Source of the DNA: an uncultured Gemmatimonadales bacterium
Lineage (GTDB): Bacteria; Gemmatimonadota; Gemmatimonadetes; Longimicrobiales; Longimicrobiaceae
NCBI GenBank assembly: GCA_963716255.1
Contig: OY970303.1
Span: 4,192,001-4,256,000, forward strand
Length of the DNA stretch: 64,000 nucleotides
Reading direction: 5' to 3'
The position numbers and the translations under genes are program-made. The notes under the pieces were generated by a model, which ran no database searches, was not told the origin of the DNA, and saw only the letters and a program-made list of their open reading frames with translations. Below are positions 17,198-26,277 of this stretch, piece after piece. The stretch's first letter is position 1. Every line of letters begins with the position of its first letter.

Positions 17198-18223
17198 ATG
17201 GCTGGACGATCGACGACCGGACTGCCGACGAACCCTCTCGGCACATCGGGAATGGACATCACCCGCGTCGGCTTCGGCGCGTGGGCCATCGGCGGGGCGG
17301 GGTACGCCTTCGGCTGGGGGACGCAGGAGGACGAGGACTCGGTCTCCGCGATCCGGCACGCGGTCGAGCGGGGGATCAACTGGATCGACACGGCGGCGGT
17401 GTACGGGCTGGGGCACTCGGAGGAGGTGGTGGCGCGGGCGCTGCGCGGCGTCCCGGAGAGCGACCGGCCGTTCGTGTTCACCAAGTGCGGCTTGGTGTGG
17501 GACGAGGGCGACCCGCAGGCGCCGCCCCGCCGCGTGGGCGACCCGGCGAGCATCCGCCGCGAGCTGGAGGCGTCGCTGCGCCGGCTGGAGGTGGAGCGCG
17601 TAGACCTGTACCAGATGCACTGGCCGGCGGAGGACGGGGCGCCGCTGGAGGAGTACTGGGGTGAGCTGGTGCGCCTGCGCGACGAGGGCAAGGTGCGCGC
17701 GGTGGGCCTTTCCAACCACGACGCTGCGCAGCTGGAAAGGGCGGAGCGGATCGGCCACGTGGACTCGCTCCAGCCGCCGTTCTCGGCGGTGCGCCGCGAC
17801 GCGGCGGCGGAGCTGGGGTGGTGCGCGGACCACGACACGGGGGTGATCGTCTACAGCCCCATGCAGTCGGGGCTGCTGACGGGCGCCTTTTCCCGCGAGC
17901 GCGCGGGGAAGCTTCCGGAGGACGACTGGCGCTCGCGCTCGCCGGACTTCACCGGCGAGGGGCTGGAGCGCAACCTGCGGCTCGCGGCGGCGCTGGAGCC
18001 GGTCGCGGAACGGCACGGGGTGTCCCCCGCGGCGGTGGCAGTGGCGTGGACGCTGGCCTGGCGCGGCGTGACGGGGGCGATCGTGGGGGCGCGCAGCCCG
18101 GAGCAGGTGGACGGCTGGCTCGCCGCCGCGACGCTGGAGCTGACCGCCGCGGACCTGGACGAGGTGGCGGAGGCGATCCGGACGAGCGGGGCGGGGAGCG
18201 GGCCGGAGCGGCCGGGACGCTGA
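17198..18223 (+). CDS. Aldo/keto reductase
   Basis: GFGAWAIGG, IDTAAVYG, FTKCG, DLYQMHWP, YSPMQSGLLTG. Confidence 0.95.
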   Translation: MAGRSTTGLPTNPLGTSGMDITRVGFGAWAIGGAGYAFGWGTQEDEDSVSAIRHAVERGINWIDTAAVYGLGHSEEVVARALRGVPESDRPFVFTKCGLVWDEGDPQAPPRRVGDPASIRRELEASLRRLEVERVDLYQMHWPAEDGAPLEEYWGELVRLRDEGKVRAVGLSNHDAAQLERAERIGHVDSLQPPFSAVRRDAAAELGWCADHDTGVIVYSPMQSGLLTGAFSRERAGKLPEDDWRSRSPDFTGEGLERNLRLAAALEPVAERHGVSPAAVAVAWTLAWRGVTGAIVGARSPEQVDGWLAAATLELTAADLDEVAEAIRTSGAGSGPERPGR

Positions 18224-18254
18224 AGGCCGTCGGCACACGACGGATCAGGGCAGC

Positions 18255-18304
18255 GACGAAAAGACGACCCCGCCGGGATCTTCCGGCGGGGTCGTCTTTT
18301 CGTC
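18255..18304. terminator. Bidirectional intrinsic terminator
   Basis: GACGAAAAGACGACCCCGCCGG...CCGGCGGGGTCGTCTTTTCGTC between convergent genes. Confidence 0.8.
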
Positions 18305-18325
18305 CGCTCGTGGCGCAGGCCCGGC

Positions 18326-18757
18326 CTACGGGGTGGGCTGCGCCATCAGCCGCTGCACCATTTCGAACATCTTCGCGGTGGCCTGCGGGTTCACGCGGAT
18401 GCTCTTCTGCCCGACGGGGCTCTCGTAGAACGCCGTCAGCTGGCGCAGCTCGTCCTCGGTGTACAGGCTCGCGTACAGCCTCACGTACTCGGGCCCGACC
18501 CTCTGCCAGGTGAGCTTCTGCGCGAACATTTCCCTCATCTGCCTGGCCAGCTCCGCGCCGGGCCGGCTCGTGTCCGCGCCCGCAGGGTGGAACTGCCGGA
18601 TTATCTGCTCCTGCATGGGACCCCAGCTGCTTTCCAGGTGCATGGCCGCGACCAGTCGCTCCGCGGCCCTCATCTGGCCCGGCGTCGGCTCCTGCGCGGC
18701 GAGGGGACGGGCGAAGGCGGCGACCAGGGCGAACAGCAGCAGAAAGCGTCCGATCAT
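18326..18757 (-). CDS. Secreted DUF2059-like protein
   Basis: Signal peptide MIGRFLLL; YASLYTEDELRQLTAFYESPVGQK motif. Confidence 0.8.
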   Translation of the reverse strand: MIGRFLLLFALVAAFARPLAAQEPTPGQMRAAERLVAAMHLESSWGPMQEQIIRQFHPAGADTSRPGAELARQMREMFAQKLTWQRVGPEYVRLYASLYTEDELRQLTAFYESPVGQKSIRVNPQATAKMFEMVQRLMAQPTP

Positions 18758-18899
18758 GGCGTACCTCTCAAGGGTTGGAGGGCAAGGAACGGCTCCACGG
18801 CGCGGCGTGGGGCAATCATGTGCGGATACCGCCAGCGAAAGCTTCTCGTCCACACGGCGAACCGGGCTCTCGTTCCGGTCGGAACCGGGTCCCGGGGGC

Positions 18900-19220
18900 T
18901 CAGCTCCGATCAGGACCGCGCGGCTTCGATCCATGGACGATCTGCCCCAGGAGGAGAAGGCCGAGCGCCGCGAACTCCATGTAATCCATTCGGGACCGGG
19001 CTGTCGAAGGGGGGGCGGTCTGGCCCAGCGACATCCTGGCCCCTACGACGTACAGCAGGAGGCCGATGGCGACCAGGTGAAGCACACGGCCCACGATCTC
19101 CCGCCAACCGTGCCGCCTGCGGACCGCTACCACGAGCCGCCAGGCCGCATAGAGCGCGATCAGGACGAATCCCAGGTACACCCCGGCGGCGAGAGGGCCG
19201 AGTGACCATGGCCCGTTCAT
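18900..19220 (-). CDS. Small membrane protein (about 3 TM helices), candidate immunity protein
   Basis: 106 aa with three hydrophobic segments; ATGA overlap with the upstream gene. Confidence 0.6.
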   Translation of the reverse strand: MNGPWSLGPLAAGVYLGFVLIALYAAWRLVVAVRRRHGWREIVGRVLHLVAIGLLLYVVGARMSLGQTAPPSTARSRMDYMEFAALGLLLLGQIVHGSKPRGPDRS

Positions 19221-19921
19221 ACCAGGCAGGCGACCCCCGCGGCGAATTCTGCACCCCAGACGATTTTCTCAAGACGATCCAGGGTCGTCTTTGCATCGTT
19301 CATCTTGCTTTCGAGCGCTCGGAGCTGGTCGCCCAGCTGAGACAATCCCTGCTGCTCGGGCCAGGTATACACACCGTCGGATCTGGCTTGATTGTCCCAG
19401 GCCTTGTACTCCGCGTATTTTTTCACGTACGCGTCGTACGCGGCTGCGTATGTGTCCTGAGCCCTTTTCAGCTCGATCTTGAGGCCCGCGACCGTGCCGA
19501 GCGCGCCGGCGCACAACGGATTCGGTCCGGCCGAGGCTTCTCCGCCACTCCCGCCGTCATCGCTCCCGACGCCACTTCCACCTCCGCTGATCTCCGGCGT
19601 GCTCGGTGGAGGCGGAAAGTTCGGCGGCGGGGGAGGTGGAGGAAGGGGCGGCGGCAGGGTAGGTCCACCGGAGATTCCCTCGCAGGTGGATACCCAGCTT
19701 CCCTCCGTGGTTCCATCGTCGACGCGCTCGAAAGTGCATTCCCCGCTGTTGATCGTGACGCCGGGCTCCTCGGGATCGGCGACCACCAATCCCTCGTGGC
19801 GTAGAGCCGTCGTTCGTGCCGCGGGCGAGCCTTCCTGGAGCGGATCCAGGGGCCCTTCGGCGCAGCCGATGAGGCTGCCCAACAGCATCACTGCCGTGAT
19901 CTCGCGGGTGAATGAGCGCAT
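19217..19921 (-). CDS. Lipoprotein with Pro/Gly-rich linker and C-terminal helical domain
   Basis: Signal ending LIGC; PPPLPPPPPPP and GGGSG linker; long amphipathic C-terminus bracketed by two Cys. Confidence 0.65.
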   Translation of the reverse strand: MRSFTREITAVMLLGSLIGCAEGPLDPLQEGSPAARTTALRHEGLVVADPEEPGVTINSGECTFERVDDGTTEGSWVSTCEGISGGPTLPPPLPPPPPPPNFPPPPSTPEISGGGSGVGSDDGGSGGEASAGPNPLCAGALGTVAGLKIELKRAQDTYAAAYDAYVKKYAEYKAWDNQARSDGVYTWPEQQGLSQLGDQLRALESKMNDAKTTLDRLEKIVWGAEFAAGVACLV

Positions 19922-20124
19922 GCTTTTCCGGAGAGTCGAGGGAAGAGCGGGGGAAAGCCGAGAGCGAAGATACGGAACATGCCGATACATTCCGGCGCCG
20001 GGGAAGATAATGCATTCTACGTTCGTGTAAAGCTTTTTGTCTGAAAATGTGCTGTTTGAGGAAGCGGCGCCGCCGTCCCCCCGATTCCGGGCACCGGCAC
20101 GCCCGCGCGATCCGGGTGCCCTGT

Positions 20125-20150
20125 TCCCCCTCGCCGAGCGGGCGAGGGGG
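20125..20150. repeat. Family C-like palindrome / hairpin downstream of luxE-like gene
   Basis: CCCCCTCGCC-GAGCG-GGCGAGGGGG. Confidence 0.45.
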
Positions 20151-20161
20151 CCGACCTGACG

Positions 20162-21277
20162 CTACGGCACCCGCTCCCGCGAGGCGGCGAGGAACTGGTC
20201 CATGGCGATGGAGCAGCCGCGCGCCTCGGCGCCCCGCGCGCGGCCCAGCACGCGGATCCCGTCCGGCGCGGCGAAGCCCAGGTCGGCGGTCTGGATGGCC
20301 ATGACCGAGTCGAGGTTGGCGAGGTCCCAGTGGCGCAGCACGCCGGTCTCGCCCTCGGGGACGGGCTCCAGCGTCTCGGGGTCCACGGCGAGGGAGCGCA
20401 CCCAGGGCGGGCCGGCGTGCAGGCGCGGCCCCGCCACGCCCGCCACGCCGTCGTAGAACTGGGAGCTCATCTCGGTCATGCCGTACTCGTTGACGCACCA
20501 CTCCGTCCCCATCCCCAGCCGCTCGCCGAGGGCCGCGTATAATTCCTCGCTCGTGATCTCCCGCGAGCGCCCCTTGAACCCGCCGGTGTCCATCACCCGC
20601 GAGCCGGGCGGGAGGGCGTAGCGCGCGCCGCTCTCCGCCGCCGCGTCCAGCCAGTGCACGAAGGCGAAGCTGGTGCCCAGGACGCACACCGGCGCGCCCT
20701 CCGCCTCGGAGCGCCGCAGCGCGGCCCCGAAGCCGGCGGGGTCGATCCCCGCCTCGCCCACGAAGTACCCGCTTCCCTCCGCCCCCAGCTCCCGCACCAC
20801 CTCGCCCACCATGTGCGAGAGCGACGAGTCCGGCGCCTCCTCCGGCGGGCGGATCAGCGACAGCATCCGCACGGTCCCGCCCTCCGGGAGCAGGTGCGCC
20901 GCGAAGCCCGCGCGGAGTGCCGCGTCGTAGAGCGCCAGGTCTGGGAGCCAGTGCTCGCCGCGGCGCTCCGGCCCCGCGGTGGTGCCGCTGGTGCGGAACA
21001 CGGTGCGCACGCCCGCCGGGTCCGCGCACACCAGCGGCGCCGCCTTGAAGGCGTCCGTGGGCACGGCGGGGACCTCCGTCCAGTGCCGCACCGTGTCCGG
21101 CGACGCGCCCCGCCGCTCGCAGAACAGCCGGTATGGCCGGTTGCGGGCGAACTGGTGCGCGAACACCGCCCGCGCCAGCGCGTCGAACTCCCCGTCCGTC
21201 ATGGGCGCGCCCGTCCCGGCGCGGATGCGCGCGAGCAGGCGCTCGCGGAGCTCGGCGGGGTCGGGCGCGTGGGTCAC
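20162..21277 (-). CDS. LuxE-like acyl-protein synthetase (adenylate-forming)
   Basis: VPTDAFK, FRTSGTT, DTGGFKG, NEYGMTE, IQTADLG, VLGR...EARGCS. Confidence 0.88.
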   Translation of the reverse strand: MTHAPDPAELRERLLARIRAGTGAPMTDGEFDALARAVFAHQFARNRPYRLFCERRGASPDTVRHWTEVPAVPTDAFKAAPLVCADPAGVRTVFRTSGTTAGPERRGEHWLPDLALYDAALRAGFAAHLLPEGGTVRMLSLIRPPEEAPDSSLSHMVGEVVRELGAEGSGYFVGEAGIDPAGFGAALRRSEAEGAPVCVLGTSFAFVHWLDAAAESGARYALPPGSRVMDTGGFKGRSREITSEELYAALGERLGMGTEWCVNEYGMTEMSSQFYDGVAGVAGPRLHAGPPWVRSLAVDPETLEPVPEGETGVLRHWDLANLDSVMAIQTADLGFAAPDGIRVLGRARGAEARGCSIAMDQFLAASRERVP

Positions 21278-21361
21278 GGGATCAGGAAAGCTGAGGTGGC
21301 GCGGCTCGGCGAAGCGGACGGCGGGAGAATAGGCGCGGGGATACGGGAGGACAAGCGGGCC

Positions 21362-21526
21362 GCTGTTGCCGTTCCGCAGTACCCCCCAGAGTCTTTTCGG
21401 AGGGAGACTCGCCGGCTGTTTGGCGAGGCTCCCTCCGGCGTAGGGAGACAGCCGGGCAGTTTCGGCTGGCTCCCGGAGCCCGCGGAGGAGACGGACGGCA
21501 GTATCGTCCGGCTCCGCAGCGGTCCC
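21362..21526 (-). repeat. Family B structured repeat, copy B3 (3 modules)
   Basis: Stems CTCGCC/GGCGAG, CAGCCG/CGGCTG, CGGACG/CGTCCG with loops GGCTGTTT, GGCAGTTT, GCAGTAT. Confidence 0.93.
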
Positions 21527-21561
21527 CCGAAACCCGACGAAGCGGGAAAAAACTCAGGACC

Positions 21562-23013
21562 TCACGGCCCCGCGTACTCCGCGAGAAGATTCCCCAGCTG
21601 CTGCTGCACCCCCCGCGCCCCGGACGTGTTGCGCCCGTTGTACAGGAAGGAGAACGCCACGTTCTCGCCGCTGGCCGTCTTGACGTAGCCGGACAGCGTC
21701 CGCACCCCGCGGATGTAGCCGGTCTTGGCGTGCAGGTTCCCCTTGGCGCGCCCCCCGTTGAAGAGCCGCGCCAGCGTTCCCTCCCGGTCGCCGCCCACCG
21801 CCAGCGACTCGTGGAACACCCGGCTCCACGGCTGCTTGTCCGCGTACACGAGCGCGTCCACCAGCGCCTTGGAGCTGGTGCGGTTCAGCGCCGAGAGCCC
21901 GGACCCGTCTGCCTGGTAGAGCTGCCCGTACGGCACCCCGGCGTTCCGGATGAAGAACTGCGCCGACGCCGGGCCGCCCGTCACGTAGCTCCCCACCCCG
22001 ATGCTGTGCGCCGCCGCCGCCTTCCAGAAGTGCTCCGCGAAGAAGTTGTCCGAGTCGCGGTTGAGCTTGGGGACCATCTGCGCCAGCGGCATGGACAGGT
22101 GGCGGTGGATCAGCTTTGCGCCCTGCGGGGTCGTGCCGCGCCGGACCGCGCCGGCCACCTGGATCCCCTCCTCGCGCATGGCCTGCCGGAGCGCCCCGGC
22201 GGCCAGGAGCGACGGGTCCGCCGCGCCCACCGGGTAGCGGTGCGGGCCGCGGCCGGACACCCCGCCCTTGATGATGATGGTGTCCTGCCCCGGGTTCCTC
22301 ACCGCGAAGCCGCGCCCCCCGCCGTTGCTGGAGCGGTTGATCACCGGGATCTCCGGGACGTCCGGCTCGCGCACGAAGGTGGTTCCCCCCGGCCCCGGGC
22401 TGACGTTGATCCAGAGCATGTTGCGCTGGAAGGGGAGGCCGGTGACGGTGGGGGCGTAGTAGGCGGCGCCGTTGCCGGTGTCCGCCGGCCAGTGCGGGCC
22501 GTAGAAGAGGGTGTCGAAGACGCTGGCATCCGCGATCACTCCGCCCTGCACCGCGCGCACGCCGCGCGCCTTGAGCTGCCGCGCGATGATGCGCAGCCGC
22601 TCCATGGGGTCCCTGTCGAACTCCGGGTAGCCGAAGGCCGGGTCGCCGGAGCCGCGCAGGTAGACCGGCCCCTGCACCACCCCGCTGGCGGGGATCCCGC
22701 CCGGGATGAGGACGTCCGTGGGGAAGCGGAAGTCCGGCCCCATGGTCGCCAGCGCCCAGATGGAGGTGAACACCTTGTTGTTGGAGGCCGGGACCATGAC
22801 CGAGTCGGCGTTCACCGCGAACAGGGGGCGCCCCCGGTCCATGGACCACGCGAACACGCTCCACTCGTCGGCGCTGCCGCCGAGCAGCCCCTGCACGGCG
22901 GCCTGCAGGGGAGGCTGCGCCGCCTGGCGCGACTCCACGGTCCCCGGCAGAGCCAGGGCGGCGGCGAAAGCGGCGAGCCCGAGGGCCCGCCGCCTGAGGG
23001 GGGTGCGTCTCAT
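21562..23013 (-). CDS. dacB: D-alanyl-D-alanine carboxypeptidase/endopeptidase (PBP4, S13)
   Basis: PASNNK (SxxK), SDN, DGSGLS, KTG; signal peptide from MRRTPLRRR. Confidence 0.93.
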   Translation of the reverse strand: MRRTPLRRRALGLAAFAAALALPGTVESRQAAQPPLQAAVQGLLGGSADEWSVFAWSMDRGRPLFAVNADSVMVPASNNKVFTSIWALATMGPDFRFPTDVLIPGGIPASGVVQGPVYLRGSGDPAFGYPEFDRDPMERLRIIARQLKARGVRAVQGGVIADASVFDTLFYGPHWPADTGNGAAYYAPTVTGLPFQRNMLWINVSPGPGGTTFVREPDVPEIPVINRSSNGGGRGFAVRNPGQDTIIIKGGVSGRGPHRYPVGAADPSLLAAGALRQAMREEGIQVAGAVRRGTTPQGAKLIHRHLSMPLAQMVPKLNRDSDNFFAEHFWKAAAAHSIGVGSYVTGGPASAQFFIRNAGVPYGQLYQADGSGLSALNRTSSKALVDALVYADKQPWSRVFHESLAVGGDREGTLARLFNGGRAKGNLHAKTGYIRGVRTLSGYVKTASGENVAFSFLYNGRNTSGARGVQQQLGNLLAEYAGP

Positions 23014-23069
23014 CGTCTCCGGTGTCGTGCTTCGGTGTTTCCCGGCCGGGCCCCGCCGCGCGCCGCCCG

Positions 23070-23540
23070 TCACAGGGTCTGCGGAGTGGAGGCCGGCGCC
23101 TCCGGCTGCGGGCTCGGCTGCCCGCCGTTCATCTCGTGCAGCTGCTCCAGCATCATCTGCTGCACGCGGAAGGAGGCGCGGGAGTTCTCCTCCATGTCCA
23201 GCGTCACCTCGAAGAACGCCGCCACCGCGAACATCACCACGGCGGTGAGCACCGTCCCCAGCAGCGTGAGCACCCCCGCCTGCACGCTCATGTCGTCGCC
23301 GCCGATGCCATAGGCGAACATCAGCCCGCCCACCAGCAGGGTGGCGATCCCCAGGAAGCGCAGGAACCCCATGAGAAAGCGCAGCCCGCCGTAGCGCTGC
23401 TCCACCCCGGCCAGCCGCGCGGGGGTGCGCCGCTCCCGCAGCAGGGCGTGGCAGTTGGGGCAGTGGTCCACCCGGGGATCGTCCACCACGGTCCCGCAGC
23501 TGGTGCACTGGACCGGGGTGCTGAAGAGGTGCATGCTCAT
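23070..23540 (-). CDS. Zinc-ribbon two-TM membrane protein
   Basis: CTSC...CPNC, two TM helices, LDMEENSR. Confidence 0.75.
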   Translation of the reverse strand: MSMHLFSTPVQCTSCGTVVDDPRVDHCPNCHALLRERRTPARLAGVEQRYGGLRFLMGFLRFLGIATLLVGGLMFAYGIGGDDMSVQAGVLTLLGTVLTAVVMFAVAAFFEVTLDMEENSRASFRVQQMMLEQLHEMNGGQPSPQPEAPASTPQTL

Positions 23541-23686
23541 CTGACTCGCGCGCAATTCCGGGGAACGGGCGCGACGGAGCGGCGCCCGCCGCCCGTCCGC
23601 ACCGACGCCGGTGGACGGAGCAACGGGCGTGCCATGCATCGCCCCTGTCCGGCTTTGTACGACCGGGAGCCGCCGGCCGCGTGCGT

Positions 23687-24043
23687 CTACGCCGGCAGGG
23701 CGTCGTCCGCCCAGCGCTCGCCGCGCCCGCCCACCGCGCGGACGGCGGCGGCGAGGCGGCGCATGCGTACCAGGCGCAGCGAGCGGAAGGTGTGGCGCAC
23801 CACGCAGCGGAAGCGGCGGCAGTCGCGGCACTCCAGGTCGAAGCCGGTGGCGTCCAGCGGGAGGTAGCGCGTCATCCGCGTCCCGGGGCGTGCCTCCAGC
23901 AGCTCGCCGCAGCAGGGACAGCTGGGATCGGGTCCCTGGCGGAGCTGCCGGTCGATCTCGCGGCCGTCGCGGAGCTCGAAGCTGCGCCAGGAGGCGCGGA
24001 CGCGGCGCGGCGAGGGGACGGCGGACTGGCGGGTCGGGTTCAT
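23687..24043 (-). CDS. Hypothetical zinc-finger protein
   Basis: CPCC...CRDC; ATGA overlap with the upstream gene. Confidence 0.65.
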   Translation of the reverse strand: MNPTRQSAVPSPRRVRASWRSFELRDGREIDRQLRQGPDPSCPCCGELLEARPGTRMTRYLPLDATGFDLECRDCRRFRCVVRHTFRSLRLVRMRRLAAAVRAVGGRGERWADDALPA

Positions 24044-24405
24044 GCGACGTGGGGGTTTGGCGCCGGGTCTCCGGTCCGGGAGCGGTCCGGGAGGGTGCCG
24101 GCGGTGAGGTGGCGGGACACGGGGACGGCGGGGCCGTGCGGGGCGTCGGCCAGGGGCGGGCGGACCTCCACGAACGCGGCGTGCACCGCGTCCACGGCGA
24201 TGGTCGCGCCGCCGGCCAGCTCCACCACCAGCCCGTGGGAGCCGCGCTCGCGGACGCGCACCCGGGATCCCACCCGGATCCCGACGTCCTCGAAGCGCTG
24301 GCGCAGGCTTCCGAACAGGATGTGGACCACTTCGACCAGTTTGCCCGGGGCGGCCTCCGCCAGGGAGTGGCGGGGCTCCGCGTCGGGCCGGGGGTGGGAA
24401 GCCAT
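24040..24405 (-). CDS. FeoA/SH3-like domain protein
   Basis: SLAEAAPGK...LRQRFEDVGIRVGSRVRV...IAVD..AA..EV pattern; RBS GGAG. Confidence 0.7.
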   Translation of the reverse strand: MASHPRPDAEPRHSLAEAAPGKLVEVVHILFGSLRQRFEDVGIRVGSRVRVRERGSHGLVVELAGGATIAVDAVHAAFVEVRPPLADAPHGPAVPVSRHLTAGTLPDRSRTGDPAPNPHVA

Positions 24406-24466
24406 GGTGACTCCCGGACGTGTGGGGTGTCCGTCCGAACCACAGGAAAAGGGTGAACAGTTGACG

Positions 24467-24481
24467 GCAAATCGGGTGCCA
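24467..24481 (-). promoter_or_regulatory. Sigma54 promoter
   Basis: Exact TGGCAC-CCGAT-TTGC about 60 nt upstream of the 24405 start. Confidence 0.7.
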
Positions 24482-24549
24482 GCGAGCACGTCCCCGGCCA
24501 CTTTCCGTGAACGCCCACCCAACCCCATCTCACCCTCGCACTCCCGCGT

Positions 24550-25959
24550 CTACTCCTCCAGGTCGCACCACCGCAGCATCTCTCCCAGCGGCGGGTGGCC
24601 GTCGTGGTGCCAGGTGCCCGGGGGCCACGCCATCTTGCCCAGCGGCGACACCCGGCTGGCGCCGGCGCGCCCCAGCGCGGCGGCGAGCCTTTCCGTGCGC
24701 TCCGGGGACGCGGCCACGCCCACCGTCTGGAGGAGCGAAGCCGTCCCGGCGGCGAGCGCGGGGACGGCGTCCAGCGAGGGCACGGGCTTCACCCGCACCA
24801 CGCGGTTCAGGCAGGAGGGCGCGAAGGCCGGATCCGTTTCGTAGACCACCGTCCAGGTGGTCCCCCGCGGCGAAGCGTGCAGCTCCACGCCGCCCCCGGC
24901 CAGCTGCGCGAACTCCGCCTCGCCGCGGAGCTGGCGGATCGCCGAGGCCTCGCTGCGGGCGACGGCGCCGCGGGGGAGCTCCCGCTCCGTGTCCGCCATG
25001 GCGCCCGCCAGCAGGCGCGCCCACGCGCGCGGGTCGGTCGCGCCCCCCTCCTCCACGTAGAACAGGTGCGGAGACACGCACCCCTGCTGGTCGAAGGTGG
25101 CCACCTCCAGCGCCGCCGCCGCCGCCACTCGCCCCGCCGCCTCCGCGTCCGCCAGCGCCTCCCGCCCCACCACCCCGAACGACAGCTTCGGTCCGTACGC
25201 CAGCACCCGCGTCCCCGCCGGCGTCGCCCCGCGCACCGCGGCCACCGCCTCCGCGCCGCCGTACACCACCACCGCGTCCGCCATCCCCAGCGCGGCCGCC
25301 TCCAGGGCGTCGTCCCCCCCGTGCCAGTACGTCACCGCCAGGCATTCGCCCAGCTCCGGGTCCTCCTCCGCCACGCCCCGCGCGAAGAGCGCCGCCAGCA
25401 GCGGCTCCCCGACGGCCGTCTTTCCCAGCGCCGCCGACTTCACCAGCAGCGAGCGCACCAGCGAGGTCACAGCCACCCCCGGCACGTTGCCGCTGAACAC
25501 GTGCGTCGCCACCCGCGGCCCGTAGGCGCGCGACTTTCCCGGCGCGTGGCGGCGCGGGCGAAAGCCGTCCAGCACCGCCGGGTCCTCCAGCTCCGAGCGC
25601 AGCAGCGCACGCAGCCGGTCCGCCCGCCACTCCGGCGTCATGCGGTCCAGCACCAGGCGCACCATGGGCGGCGAGTAGCCGGTGATGCGCGGGAGCGCCG
25701 CCTCCGCCAGCTTCCGCAGCGGGTCGCCCGCGTCCTGGAGCCGCGCCGCGACCCGGTCCACCACCCGCACAACGTCGTGCACCGGGCGGTCGGCCAGGTA
25801 CAGGTCGCGCGCCTCCCCCAGGGCCTCCACCTGCTTCCTCAGCAGGGCCGCGTCCACCATGGGCACGCGCAGTTCCATCGCCGTGTCGCCCTGGCCGTAG
25901 GGCCAGGTCGAGGTCGGCGGGTCCGGCAGGGCGGGGAGGTGGAACGCGTCGATCTTCAC
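24550..25959 (-). CDS. LuxC-like acyl-CoA reductase
   Basis: HVFSGNVP, YGPKLSF, FDQQGCVSP catalytic Cys, LQTVG, WHHDG; start uncertain (GTG 25959 or a later ATG). Confidence 0.88.
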   Translation of the reverse strand: MKIDAFHLPALPDPPTSTWPYGQGDTAMELRVPMVDAALLRKQVEALGEARDLYLADRPVHDVVRVVDRVAARLQDAGDPLRKLAEAALPRITGYSPPMVRLVLDRMTPEWRADRLRALLRSELEDPAVLDGFRPRRHAPGKSRAYGPRVATHVFSGNVPGVAVTSLVRSLLVKSAALGKTAVGEPLLAALFARGVAEEDPELGECLAVTYWHGGDDALEAAALGMADAVVVYGGAEAVAAVRGATPAGTRVLAYGPKLSFGVVGREALADAEAAGRVAAAAALEVATFDQQGCVSPHLFYVEEGGATDPRAWARLLAGAMADTERELPRGAVARSEASAIRQLRGEAEFAQLAGGGVELHASPRGTTWTVVYETDPAFAPSCLNRVVRVKPVPSLDAVPALAAGTASLLQTVGVAASPERTERLAAALGRAGASRVSPLGKMAWPPGTWHHDGHPPLGEMLRWCDLEE

Positions 25960-26000
25960 TGCTTTTTTACCGCGTGTGTGTCGCTTCGTCGTGTCGTGGC

Positions 26001-26167
26001 GAGCCGCTACGGAGCCCGGCGATACTGCTGCCGGTCTCCTCCGCGGGCTCCGGGAGCCACCGGAAACAGCCCCGGTGTCTCTCTCCGCCGGGGTGAGCCT
26101 CGCCAAACAGCCGGCGAGTCTCCCCCCGAACATCGTGCGGGGGATACAACGAAAACCACGGAACGGC
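26001..26167 (+). repeat. Family B structured repeat, copy B4 (3 modules)
   Basis: GAGCCGCTACG head; stems CCGGCG/TGCCGG, CACCGG/CCGGTG, CTCGCC/GGCGAG. Confidence 0.9.
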
Positions 26168-26177
26168 AAAAACAGAA

Positions 26178-26209
26178 GCCCCTCCCCCGAATCGGGGGAA
26201 GGGCGAGGG
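26178..26209. repeat. Family C REP-like palindrome
   Basis: CCCCTCCCCCGA-A-TCGGGGGAAGGG. Confidence 0.55.
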
Positions 26210-26235
26210 TCCCGGACCGCCGTCGCCGTTGCAGG

Positions 26236-26277
26236 CTGTTCCCTGTTCCCTGTTCCCTGTTCCCTGTTCCCTGTTCC
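26236..26277 (+). repeat. Heptamer tandem repeat (CTGTTCC)x6
   Basis: Six perfect copies abutting the stop codon of the 26278 gene. Confidence 0.95.

Noticed and set aside
20162..25959. Bioluminescence operon
   Set aside because: No luxA, luxB or luxD in the window, and the two lux-like genes are not adjacent.
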